The translations under genes were made by a program, and so were the position numbers. This document shows positions 38,261 through 51,320 of a DNA stretch of 64,000 nucleotides, in pieces. Position 1 is the stretch's first letter. Each line of letters opens with the position of its first letter. The DNA lies in contig NC_068985.1 in the NCBI RefSeq assembly GCF_001194135.2, positions 47,110,868 through 47,174,867 of the forward strand, read 5' to 3'. Below the pieces are notes generated by a model. That model had not been told where the DNA came from and ran no database searches. It was given only the letters and a program-made list of their open reading frames with translations. The stretch comes from Octopus bimaculoides (taxonomy: Eukaryota).

Positions 38261-41200
38261 TGAACTGTCTACTTGTTAAGTTAAGGTGTAGGGTGGCTGA
38301 GTGAACCATAGACGCGTATATAACTTCATCTAACTCTCTAGTAGAATAAGCATGACATGACAGCGTGGTTGAGGTGATGCTAGTGATAAAGCTGTTAGTG
38401 GCGATGTTAGAGGGTGGTTTTAATGGAGGTGGTTGTGAGGTTGATAAAGCTAATACCGATGCTATACTGATAATGATGGTGATGGTGGTGGTGGTTATGG
38501 TGATGATGATGATAAGGAGATGTTGGCGTTAGTGGTGGTTTTAGTGATGATGTTAAAGTGATGGTGGGAGTAAAAGTGTCAGTTCTAATGTTAAAGTTAT
38601 AGTGGTGATTGTGATTGTAGTGGTGATGCTGGTGATGTTTAGATGATGATGTATTTGTGATTGTAGTGATATCAATGGTAATGTTGCTGATGCTGTTAGA
38701 AATATAACGCTGATGCTATAGGTGTGGTGGTGGTGATGATATTGTTGGTGGTAGTGATGGTGAAGACGTTAATGCTGATTTTAAAGGGATGATGCTGTGT
38801 CAGTGGTGATGATGATGGAAGTGATAGTGATGCTGGAGGTGGTGGTAATGATGGAGGTGATGATATTAATAACAATACCCATAGATGGAGTGCTTATAAT
38901 GGCAATGATAGTGTTCGAGTTGGAGATAGAGGGAGATACCCTTTTCTTTGACAATATTGCAAAGTCCTTTTGATATTCCACTGCACAAAACATGGAATCA
39001 TTTTTCAGAAAATCTTGAACAATACCATGCCCTAAAGGAACCGATATCGCACATAAAGATTTGGTGCTGTTGTATGGGCTGTTGCATTGTCTGTCGTGTA
39101 TGTTTCTGATTTTGCTGGTGGTGATCATGTTGCAGAAAAACGTAACTGAGAAAAAGAATAATAAATGTAATGTGTTTTTTTTCCCGCGTTGTGGTTAGCG
39201 GAGGCCTGAATTTAGATCCATAGCAGCTGTGAACGTCATATACTTCTCTACAACATTGGATAAATTATCCTGTGTGTTCTTCACAATTGTAAGGCAGTAG
39301 GGTACGCTTTGAGAGATGTTTGTCATTTCTAGCAACCTGAGCAGCGCGTAAAAAAATCCATTTTACCTCTTAATACATTTTAAAGGATAAGAAAAAATTG
39401 CAACGTTTCAAGCTCGCCTTGGTCGTAGAAAAGCACAGGAAAGTTATAGTTCCGTGTTCTTTTACCTGGAATCACGGTGATGGTACTACTTTCTTATGAT
39501 TGTCGATTTTGTTATAGTGGATATAGTTTATTACTCTACTTTTCATGCCAATTTGCCACTCTCTCTCTCTCTTTAAGCAATAATTATTATCTTGCGATAC
39601 AAGTAACAGCTATTAGCCGAAATGTCGCCTGAATTTATAGCAAGAGCATGTTACTGATGGGTCAACATTCGAATCTGAAATAAAATTCCATTCTTGAATT
39701 CTGTATTCATACGTATATTCACAGCTAGGTTTGAATGCAAATGAACTTCTATCCCTCAAGATACTGACTAGTGTTGTGAAGCTAAGCAGTCTCCGCAAGG
39801 AATGGATAATTAAATGAAAATGAATACAAATTATCATTAAAGACTAGAATCTAAATTCAATATCAGATAACTAAGTAAATACCACTCTATATGGAAGCAT
39901 TCGATTTTCTAGTCTGCCTCTTTCTCTTTTGACGTACCGTATCTGTTTTCCATTCTATAATCCCCTCTTTCATTCATACCTTCTCTCTGTCTCCCCCTCT
40001 GTCTCTGTTTCTCTCTCTCTATCCATCTCTCTCTATCTCTCTCTCTCTCTCCCTCTCTCTCTCTCTCCCTCTCTCTCTAGCTCATTCTCTACTGTGTAAT
40101 AAAATGTCTCGTATAATTTTCCGTCAGAATTGGGATAGAATAGCACAAATTGTTGCTTGTCTAAATAAATATTTTCTAAAATTTAGTTTTATCTCTTTAC
40201 AGTGTGAGTTCACATCCCTCTAGGTATGATTCACCTTTTATTATCCAGTTTCCATCGATAAAATACTGTAACAGTAAAACCTCATTTTCGACTTAATCAC
40301 CTTGAACCATCTCCCTTAGGTCATTTCTCTTTCCTCATAAAATAAGTAAACAGAATAAAAGTATTGACTTTTGAGAGCTGGTAGAACATCATAATGTATT
40401 CCTTAGAATGCAGAGATTCGTCCTCTTTTTACAGTGAGATTATCTAGGCTCCTATGAGTATAATCCAGTGGCACCATCTCCATTAAGAAACAATAGTTAA
40501 GTTAGTATCAACATATTTAATTAATGGATTATAAATCAAGCAAGAACGGAATGACGAAAATATAATGTCAGACAAGGATGAATGTTATTTTCATTTTCTC
40601 GGTAACAACTCATGAGACTTCTTCGAACATGATCTCATCAACGAAGTATAGACTTCATCGCAATTACGGATGTAGTGATACGAGAAATCGTTTTGTAAAT
40701 TACTCTCTTGTAATCACGTTAGTGTAAAAATATTTAATATAAGAGGCACGAAAAATTAACAAAGGATACTTATGTGCCGTGACAAAGATAATGTTACCTC
40801 AATGGCTTATGATATTTTAATAGTTTCGAGGATATGGGAAGCAACTTCGAACATGTTTTGGTTTTGTCAAACCTCCTCAGCTAATTGTAGGGTACAACGG
40901 ACTTGAAAAAATAGTGATAGAAAAATTATCAAATAGAGATGTACTATAGTGAACAAGATTAGATGGGAAATATTAGTATTATTAACTAAATGAATATCTG
41001 AGATCCATTACTCTGAGATGTCATCCACCTTTTGGTTAACAATAATTAATTTAGTGGTAACATATCTAATAGAGTGGGCATCAGAAATCCCATTACTCAA
41101 TAAAAATGTGGTGATTTCAGGAGACAACTCTCGAAATGTTTTGGTTTTACTATACACCCTCAGATAATCATACATTTTATAGCTATTGCCGTAGTAGTAG

Positions 41201-42691
41201 TACTGAGAAGCCGTACACTGTTTTATTAGATGTAGAACATATACAAAACATTTATATATTTGTACATCGATTGTCGAAGGAAATTATTGAGGAAATAATT
41301 AAGAAACACCATTGATATGTGTCTGTGTACGTACACACACACACATGGGTAACATAATCTTAATTATAGCGTAGATTATTAAAAACGCAAGAAACCATTG
41401 TTTGTGTAGCTGGGTAAGTCAATACTAGGTAATGATTAATATTATTTTACTTATTTCCGGCAATTACCGCTGCAAATCCAAACACAAATGTCGGTTTTAT
41501 ATTTATGTGATCAGTGAAGCGTAAACCCTATGTTAGTAACAGCGTTATTATTATTAAATATGTTTGCATTAACTCACCGATTGCTTTTTATTCACATAGT
41601 ATGTCTGAACAATTTAATTTCGACGGAATTCCATTATGCTGTAACAACAATTGTGAATTTTGTTAGATTTACTTACATCATTAAATCGATAATTATAGTG
41701 AATGATACCCTTCCCTGATGAATTCAGAATATGACAGAAGCACGTCCGTAGTTGCTTTGCTCAATATTTTATTTTCTGTTTAGTAACAATATCGTAGAAA
41801 CAGGTGTGGTCAATCTTTATTTTGAAAACATACATAAGGAGAGTGCACTACTGGAGTATAATTGTTAAAGATTGTTAAATCACGCGCATTCTTAATGTAA
41901 TTCTCAGGTTGAAACAACATGAACAGTGTCTGATGCTTTGAGTCATGGCACGATAGAATTCCTATGAGTTAGAAACTACATAATTTCGTTCAGAAAACCT
42001 GTTGATTCGAGGCATGGCAAAGGAAATAAAAAAAAAAAACGTATACATTGCAATGTGCTGGGTTCGAACCAGAAATCGCATAATTTCAATGTGTATCACT
42101 TCGGACTTCAGCCGTGATCAAAAATACTGTATCTTTCAAATCAGCCAGTCTATTTGTAAGAATCAGACATAATAACAGGAATAGAGATAATAATTTAAAC
42201 ACTGATTGCAATACTCATAATTTCTTAACATTTGTTGACTGGAAGCGAGAAAAAATTATCAGCATTTATGTATATCCAGTAAGAACATGCTGCTGTTGTC
42301 GTTTTTGTTGTATATTTCCAGATGATCTCACAGAAACTACAACCTACCCACAACAGCATTCCACGGTTTTTCTCTTTCATGCACCATATTTCCTCTCTTG
42401 AAGTATGTCACATATGAATTGTACGGAGATTTAACCAATTCAAGTAAGGATATAAGTATCCTTATTCTTTCGTTGAGCATGTATTATGGTTCGTGGAATG
42501 CATAAAAAAAAATCCTTTGGTCCTGTCTCTTAAAAAAACAACAACATTTTCAGTAATATTTTCAGTGAGGCAAGACTATAAGAACAGAAAAGGATATACC
42601 TTTTTCTATCATCCTAATAGGATAATAAAAAGAAATGCATATCCACTACGACAAAGGAATTTGATAATCAGCCTGTATCGTTATCGCTTTA

Positions 42692-42744
<53 letters not shown>

Positions 42745-43328
42745 GTGTGTGTGTGTGTGTGTTATATTTTCACGCATATATATGTGCTTATGCATGTATT
42801 CGTGATTGTGTTCATAGGTTTATGTTTGTATGTAATTATATGTGTAACTGTGTGTCAATGCATATTTATGTATAGATAAAAGGTTTATATATATATGAGT
42901 AGTAATAGGTTTAAATATGGATACGCACACACACACACATAGGTATATACGTACATACTTACCTATCCTATCTAACTGTCTATGTGGGTGTGCGTGGGGG
43001 TGGGGTTGTATACGCGCACACAAAATCACATTATTAATTAGATTAAATACGCCCGTTGGCTTGAGAAAATATGTTTTAGAATAAAAGGTAATAAAAGAGA
43101 TAAAACAGTAAGTAAGGCTAAATCATGTAGATACAGGCACATACGCACTGACACATACTGTAATATAAAATTTTGCATAAGGGAACATATGCAAGAGTGA
43201 TACATTTGCTCGCATATACATCAATTAACAGTTTTCCTCCTATATGATATATATGAATTAATATACCTTTGTATAACACACTTAAGAATTAACGATATAT
43301 ACCTGCTTATATATGCATATATAGTTAT

Positions 43329-43391
<63 letters not shown>

Positions 43392-43861
43392 TGTGTGTGT
43401 GTGTATAGCTGCAGATATGTGCATGTGAACATCCATCTATATCCGTATACATACATGAATTCATTATTTGTTTGCATGCGCGTTTTTGTTTTATGGGCGC
43501 TTGCATCTTAATAGTAAGAAATTAAATTAAAATTTTAATACTGTTCTGTTAACGATAACCACATGGGATTGAATTATGTCTCTAGTTTCAACATTGTTAA
43601 TAAGCTATCACGCCGTTAATAAGACTTTATGCAAGGTATCTTCGGAAATGTTGTACCCTTAAAATACTACCAGGGAATAATTTCTATAGCAACTGAGCGT
43701 TAATTCAGTTTTAATATAGGTAGATGTTCGAGCATGAAATAATGCAGAGCGGAAATACACAGTATTGTTCAACAATTGACCAATTATTTAATAGAGATTA
43801 CTTCGAACTAATAGGCTGAGAAATATATGTGAGCGAAATATGTATGTGTGCGTGTGTAAGT

Positions 43862-43910
<49 letters not shown>

Positions 43911-45189
43911 CGCACTAACACACACACATACACACGCACACATATATAAATCATTAAGGTGGCTATTCGCAATTTACTCCCGAAAGGCAACAAGTATAGC
44001 CGTCAGTAAAGTGACAGAGGGTGCTAGCGAACACCAATATTGCTAGAACAGCCAGAACAACTTTTAACCACATGATCTCATTACAAATCTAATTAGTTGT
44101 AACGGCTACAGAGTCAAGAAATTCCTTTTGAATCTGTTTGGTTTCCTGTTCAATACCACTGCAGAGTATATTCAACACGTGCTTTCTGTCATACTCTCGG
44201 ATCAACCAGTGCTTTGAGAATGAAATTTGGTGGACGTAAGTTCTATATAAGCCCGAACGTTCTTTATCTTGGAAGATGTTAATTCGTTCCCCAGTTGAAC
44301 AGTACTGTATGGCATGTGTATGGGGAGTATAAACGTTCAGGCTAGGTGCCCTGTTTAAAGATAACATTACTGTGCTCCTGCCTTTCTCTACACAGGTCTT
44401 AAAGCTCCTGAAAAAACTGACTTGTTCTCTCTTTCCTCCTCTCAATAAACACTAAAAACCAAAACAGAAAAAAAAACCCTTGTGAGATATATTTCAACAC
44501 TTTTCACATAGAATCTTATGGTCAATGTATAACTTCTCCTAAGTGTTCACTCTGTTTGGTATATATATATATATATATAGCAGCCAAATCTCCCTCAAAT
44601 TCAATGTTGACAATAGGAGGAACACATTGGAAGATGTAGCGCTAGATATTTAAAAGAACGCCATAGTTTGCTTCAACACAGATAGCTTTTGACAGTAAGA
44701 TTACTCAGCAAGGCCTCATATGCCAAGAAGGAACATCGATAAGACATCACATTACATAGTAACCGCTCCACCACATGCCAACCTCTAAGATATCATATAT
44801 CTCATTCAGCTTTGGGTCATTATACACTGACAATAGATGACAAGACATTACAGCCAAATTCTCAGTTAGCTCTTATCGAAAAGCGAACATATGTAATGCA
44901 GCAAGACATTAACCAACTCCTTATTTACACGGCAACATTTCTCTATCACAATCGGGACTTATATCTAGATCACAGTTCAATTGTGTTATTATCTTTATAC
45001 ATTTCATAATTTGAGGAATAATTCAAAGACGGTTATTTGCTCCAAGGTGTGCAGCTCTCAGTCAGCTTCATTAGATATGTATTCAACGAAGACTCTGATA
45101 AATCTCGGTGGAAGCAATATTTTCCTTTGTCGGTATTACCAATAGCAATTTTAAAATTATCTTTCACGTCATTCCTTTCTTTCTTCCTT

Positions 45190-45201
45190 TCCGTCCTTCC
45201 T

Positions 45202-45297
<96 letters not shown>

Positions 45298-45340
45298 TGT
45301 TTCTTTCTTTCTTTTTTCTTTCTTTTTTCTTTCTTTCTTT
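45190..45340. repeat. (CTTT)n microsatellite
   Basis: Read directly from the sequence. Confidence 0.95.
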
Positions 45341-45433
45341 CTTCAGTCTCTCTTTCTCTCTGTCTCTACATGAATGTACACACGCACTCATAAATGTACA
45401 TAAATACATGTATTCATGAATATTATATATGTG

Positions 45434-45481
<48 letters not shown>

Positions 45482-45648
45482 NNNNNNNNNNNNNNNNNNN
45501 NNNNNNNNNNNNNNNNNNNNNNNNNNNNNNNNNNNNNNNNNNNNNNNNNNNNNNNNNNNNNNNNNNNNNNNNNNNNNNNNNNNNNNNNNNNNNNNNNNNN
45601 NNNNNNNNNNNNNNNNTATATGTGTGTATATATATGTATATATATATA

Positions 45649-45689
<41 letters not shown>

Positions 45690-46244
45690 CTATGTATATG
45701 CTTGTGTATATGTAAGTATGTATGTATACACCTACGTATGTATGTATATACGTACGTTCGTATGATTGTATATATATAAGTACGTACGTATGAATGTATG
45801 AACGAACGTATGTACGCATGTATGTGTGTATGTATGTATGTATGTATGTACGCATTGTTTCAAACCTAGCCGCAGAAACCCAACAGCGAAACTGTCTTCC
45901 TTTGTAATATGCATGTCTCTGTGCGTGTGTGCACACGCGCACATTTGTAGGTGTGTATGTGTGATGGAGGTAGGAGCGAGCGAGCGAAAACAGGTGTGCG
46001 CGCGCAAGGGATTTTATGTTTGTGTCAGCGCCATTTTGGTATGGTGATAGTTACATTTCTAATACTGTGTATTATCTTCAAAATAAGGAGATGAAAAGGA
46101 CGTTAAATGAATGGTGGTAAGTATACACTCCCTGAATTGAGACTTTATGTCTCAATAACTCGATGTCTGAAATCAAATTATGTTCTTGTTCACGGTGTTT
46201 AAGAAATAAAATTTAAGATACTAAAATATTATCATAACCATGTT

Positions 46245-46520
46245 ATTCTTTTATTTATTTCAGTCATTTGTCTGCGGCCGTGCTGGAGCACCGTCTTTTG
46301 TCGAACAAATCGACCCCACAATTTATTCTTTGTAAGCATAGTACGTATTCTATCGGTCCCTTTTGCTGGGCCGCTAGATTTACGGGGACATAAACACACC
46401 AAGATTGGTTGTGGTTGTCAAGCGAGTTGGTGGGCGGATGAACACACAGACAGACAGAAAGACAGACAGACATAAAGACAGACAGACAGACACACACACA
46501 CACACACACACACACTCACG

Positions 46521-46551
<31 letters not shown>

Positions 46552-46688
46552 TCAGATATATATTTATGCATATATATAAGACCGGCTTCGTTCAGTTTTG
46601 TTTACCAAATCCACTCACAAGTATTTGGTCAACCACAGGCTGTAGTAGAAGATACTTGCCCAAGGTGCTATGCACTGGGACTGAACAC
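46245..46688 (-). mobile_element. SINE family B, near full length
   Basis: tttcagtcatttgtctgcggccgtgctggagcacc tail, internal CAGA/CA microsatellite, accaaatccactcacaag...acttgcccaaggtgc head side. Confidence 0.85.
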
Positions 46689-47264
46689 GTTCACAATATA
46701 CATGAGAGTGTCTATATGTGTGTGTTTTTTCTGTCCGTGCGTGTGTGATTATGTGTGCATCTTCTGTATATCATTACAAGATGCATTCACCTGTGTTAAC
46801 TACCCATAGTGTATGATATAAAAATGAATATATTGACGAGGCATCAGAGGGAGAGNNNNNNNNNNNNNNNNNNNNNNNNNNNNNNNNNNNNNNNNNNNNN
46901 NNNNNNNNNNNNNNNNNNNNNNNNNNNNNNNNNNNNNNNNNNNNNNNNNNNNNNNNNNNNNNNNNNNNNNNNNNNNNNNNNNNNNNNNNNNNNNNNNNNN
47001 NNNNNNNNNNNNNNNNNNNNNNNNNNNNNNNNNNNNNNNNNNNNNNNNNNNNNNNNNNNNNNNNNNNNNNNNNNNNNNNNNNNNNNNNNNNNNNNNNNNN
47101 NNNNNNNNNNNNNNNNNNNNNNNNNNNNNNNNNNNNNNNNNNNNNNNNNNNNNNNNNNNNNNNNNNNNNNNNNNNNNNNNNNNNNNNNNNNNNNNNNNNN
47201 NNNNNNNNNNNNNNNNNNNNNNNNNNNNNNNNNNNNNNNNNNNNNNNNNNNNNNNNNNNNNNNN

Positions 47265-47305
<41 letters not shown>

Positions 47306-47975
47306 GTATGTATATATAGATATATAGACCGTAAGAAGTCAGGAGGCATTAGAATTGAATATATTTAACCACTTATCATCCGTAGGGTTACGGTCGTTTC
47401 GTACATTCTTCGTGTAATAAATTTCTGTGTATTTTTAACTATGCTTACATGTCAGCGCTAATATGCATGTTAAGCATTATGCAATAGAGTTTTTGTATTT
47501 ACAAATCAATGCAGATAAAGAAACCTAGTCCATCAGATCACTAGTACATCATGGTTATATCAAGAAAAATAAATTTGTCTAAGTATCCTGGAATGAATTT
47601 TTTTAGCACTATATATATTTTAGAGAGAATGGTGTTCACAATGATTCTATGCAGAGATTCTCAATAAAATCTTTCAATGACCAAATGACTGACAGATGTT
47701 ACTTTAGTTAACGTGTGGCACGTCATCCATAGTTACCGACTTATGTCAGCAGTAGAAGAAATAAGAGGTTGGTAGTTTGTATCCTCTCCCATGCACCCAT
47801 AGTTAAGATATTTTTCATAAAAACCTTCTACAATTGGTACAATGTCTGAAACATGGTTAGGAAGGGACTAGCTTCTTATATCGACCCCAGTGCTACGGTC
47901 CCTGAAAGAATGAAAATACAGAGGTTGACCTCAGAGGAATTTGAAAACAGAATGTAAAGACGGGCGCAATGCTAA

Positions 47976-48201
47976 TTTCTTTGTAGCCCACAAGGAGCTA
48001 AACATAGAGGGGACAAACAGGGACAGGCAAAGGGATTAAGTCGATTATATCGACCCCAGTACTTGACTGGCACTTATTTTATCGACCCCGAAAGGATGAA
48101 TGGCAAAGTCGACCTCGGCGGAATTTGAACTCAGAACGTAACGGCAGACGAAATACCGCTAAGCATTTCACCCGGCGTGCTAAAGATTCTGCCAGCTCAC
48201 C
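47976..48201 (-). mobile_element. SINE family A (subfamily with ggacaaacagggacag 3' end), well preserved
   Basis: tttatcgaccccgaaaggatgaatggcaaagtcgacctcggcggaatttgaactcagaacgtaacggcagacgaaataccgctaagcatttc. Partial copies lie on both sides. Confidence 0.9.
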
Positions 48202-49038
48202 GACGGACGAAATGCTGCCATGCATTTTGTCAGGCGCACTAAAGATTCTGTCAGTTTGCAAAAAGAAATCTATTAATACGGTGTAATTAACAAGTAAAAT
48301 TTTCAATGTTCAGAAACCGGAAACGTGACCAATTGCAACAGAAATAAAACTGATCTTTTTCTCTCTTTCTCCTTCCCGATTATGTTCTCTTTCCCTATCT
48401 CTTTCTCTATCTGTCTCTCTCTCTCTCTCTCTCCCTCTCTCTCTTCCTTCTTTCTCAACGACACAATAAGTGAAAAACTAGAAAGAAAACATTACGCAAC
48501 TTGACTTTAACTTTTAAAATTCGGTGGTCGATGGAATAAATAATAATTTATATAGGAATGGATCAGGATATATTCGCATATATTCTTGGAAGTAATGTCG
48601 TGGCATGACCAGATTCAACGATCTGAGCCTGCGAATGAATAATTAAGGAATATTGCCCGTAGAACCAAGTAGACTATTGCAATAGTTTTCGCGATAAGTA
48701 AATATGAATGAATTTGTTTCAATTTCAACAATGCGTATTCAAGTTGTTCGATAAAATGAAATACTTTCTCATTGAATCATGGTAGTAGTGGCTGAGTGTT
48801 CGAGATGTGTACCCTTAACACAATCCTGAGACAAAATCAACGTAGTAATCTATGTGTGACAAAAGCTGGCCCTTTGAATCACAGATGCAATCGATTCAAC
48901 AGGATTTTACACAATTTCCGTCTTTGAAATTGACCCCCCTAAGCCGTCACAATGATGTGAAAAGGAAAAAGTACAGAATGAATACAAAGAGAAGCGTTAA
49001 GAGAAATAAAAAGAGAAAGAAAGAGGGAGGGAGAGAGA

Positions 49039-49128
<90 letters not shown>

Positions 49129-50239
49129 TAGACTGAGAGAGGCAGAAGCGGGGTTGGTAAAAAATGTGAACTGTATTAAAATTACATATATGCATGTTAG
49201 TTTGTCGTTATATTCTCAGGGATCATATTTCATTAATTTATTTTAAAACTCATTTAATTAACATTTTTTGAACAAAATAAGCGATATTAATCTATCCAAT
49301 ATGTAATAATCTTCCATAATAATTACTGAAGTTCTTATAAAAGCATGAAAGGTCAGGAGAATTAACAAGTGATTAAAATAAGATACTGGAGAATCAAGGT
49401 TATGAAATATCTTCGCTCAAGTAATTCCCAAACAGCTGGGAGCGTTGCTTGTGTAATCGCTTTAGATAAATTTATAAGTTTATATGCATGTATACATGTA
49501 TGCATGTATTTACGTATTATTTTACTGGGATTATTCTTAAATTTCTCAATGATCCTTCCAACTCGCCGCAGAAATCCTGTTGCTGTTTTTCTTCTCTTCT
49601 TATATTTTTCTTGGTATCCTCTTACATATTTGCTTTGCGCTGCGGTTGCGATACTCAAAACAAAAGCGTTGGAGAACTTAAGCACCTCAGCGATCGATCA
49701 CAAAAGAATGTACCGTGATTACGGGCAAATAGGGAGAGCTTGGTAAATAAGGATACACGCACTAATAAAGGAAAAATTGCTAATATCAGCATTGTTAAAA
49801 GCTCTCTTCTATTGAGTGATGTGATGTCCGTGGTTAATAGAGAATTGGTAAAACTTTTAAAGAGAGTGAAATTTGAAAGTATTTCAAAAATCCTTGCAGT
49901 TGGAGGAAGCGAAGTAAAATAATTGCTGCCGGCAGGCAAATTTGGTATGTCTTAAAAATTTGTCTCTTCTGCTTTCAGTTATGAGCAGAGCAACGTAAGT
50001 TTTTATCTCAAGTGCTCACATAAGTCTGATTGATGGGTCTGCATCGCTTTTCCCATCTGTAAGGATTTTATTTAATCGTTTCAAGTTTCACCGCTGTAGA
50101 GTCTTGCTAATATTCTATCATCCAGGGCTATCAGATCAGTCAGTAGACCAGAGCTCGTACTATGCTGACATCATCATTTCAATTTTCCTCTTTTGCCCTT
50201 ATTCGACGAGATGTTCCTATGCCCCGCACATCACGTAGA

Positions 50240-50660
50240 TAAATCAATAGAATGACAGGTCTTTACTATTGGGATAGGCTCTAAAAGCTCATAGTTTAAT
50301 CTTTTCAACACCACTTTGAGCGCAACATTATGTGTACTGTGTGAAAATATTCCTCCAATTCTGCTCAGATAAAACCTTAATCAAATTTACAAGACCCTCA
50401 ACGATTGGCCACGAAAGCTATATGACGTCTTCGAAAGTCGAGCTCACATCACAGAAACAACAATGTAATACAACTACTTTTTCCCCCTCAACGGGCTTTG
50501 CATTGTACAATATTATTGCGAAAGAATGAAAGAGGAAAAAGACTGCATCGCATTCAAAAGGCACCAGGACAAATTGCTAAAAGAAATATCAAAGAAACTA
50601 TCGACACCGAGATACATCTCAGCAAGCAACAACTCCCTATGATCTTAAATCTAGATGTTA
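50240..50660 (+). mobile_element. CR1/L2-type LINE 3' fragment
   Basis: atgacaggtctttactattgggataggctc reads MTGLYYWDRL, followed by decayed LQ..ER.I.C..WKIF. Related to 5500-5940. Confidence 0.65.
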
Positions 50661-50719
50661 GTTATCAGTCGAAGTTATGAGGCAACAAAGTCGGTGGGTG
50701 TTAACATTAGCAGTTATGC

Positions 50720-51262
50720 CAGTTTTATTTGTGTGCTTGCTTGTCTGTAATTTAATGCAGCCAAATCAGTCGATAATGGGAAAATATTCTGAAATGTGAA
50801 TACAAACGGAATAAAACAAGTTTCACGTAAATCGGACCACAAATTCCTGAGATAGGCGGTTTTGTAGGGTATCTGCACAAATAGCCAGAACAGTGCATAC
50901 CTGGAAAATATTCTGAAAGTAACTTAACCCTGAAATAGTAAAATTGTTTCCATTAATTTTATGGTTACGTTATATAACAATTTTTTTTTTGCATTTTTGT
51001 AGACGGGTGCACGTATAGCATAAATAAACGCTGTTACTGGAGTTCAAGTTTATCCCGCAAGTTCTACATTTATTAGATTCTGTGAATAATAAATAAAATG
51101 TTAAACATGAACTTGTAAAACAGACCTATTATAACACGAGTGAATTGAAATATTTAACTGAATCATCATAAAATTAGTTTTCATTTCAATGCAATGTTGA
51201 AATCAGCTTCAATGTTTTATAACCTGTACCGTCAGAGACCCAACGGGTCACAGGTAATCTAG
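50720..51262 (+). mobile_element. Candidate non-autonomous Helitron remnant (3' terminus recognisable)
   Basis: Hairpin gaccc-aac-gggtc (51237-51249), 9-nt spacer, CTAG (51259-51262) followed by T. The 5' boundary is not established. Confidence 0.4.
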
Positions 51263-51276
51263 TATGTATATGTATG

Positions 51277-51320
<44 letters not shown>

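Noticed and set aside
38781-39128. 115-aa minus-strand ORF
   Set aside because: Largely within a decayed GGT/GAT tract, with no splice or homology support.
44165-44450. Two-exon + strand model (44165-44235, intron to 44395, stop near an AATAAA)
   Set aside because: Splice signals are plausible, but the peptide is short and unrecognised and it overlaps the stronger minus-strand candidate; unsupported without RNA data.
49655-49939. Hydrophobic minus-strand ORF with faint resemblance to an ND4 C-terminus (LNRRELLTMLIL)
   Set aside because: Only a few residues match, and there is no other mitochondrial-like sequence nearby to support a NUMT.
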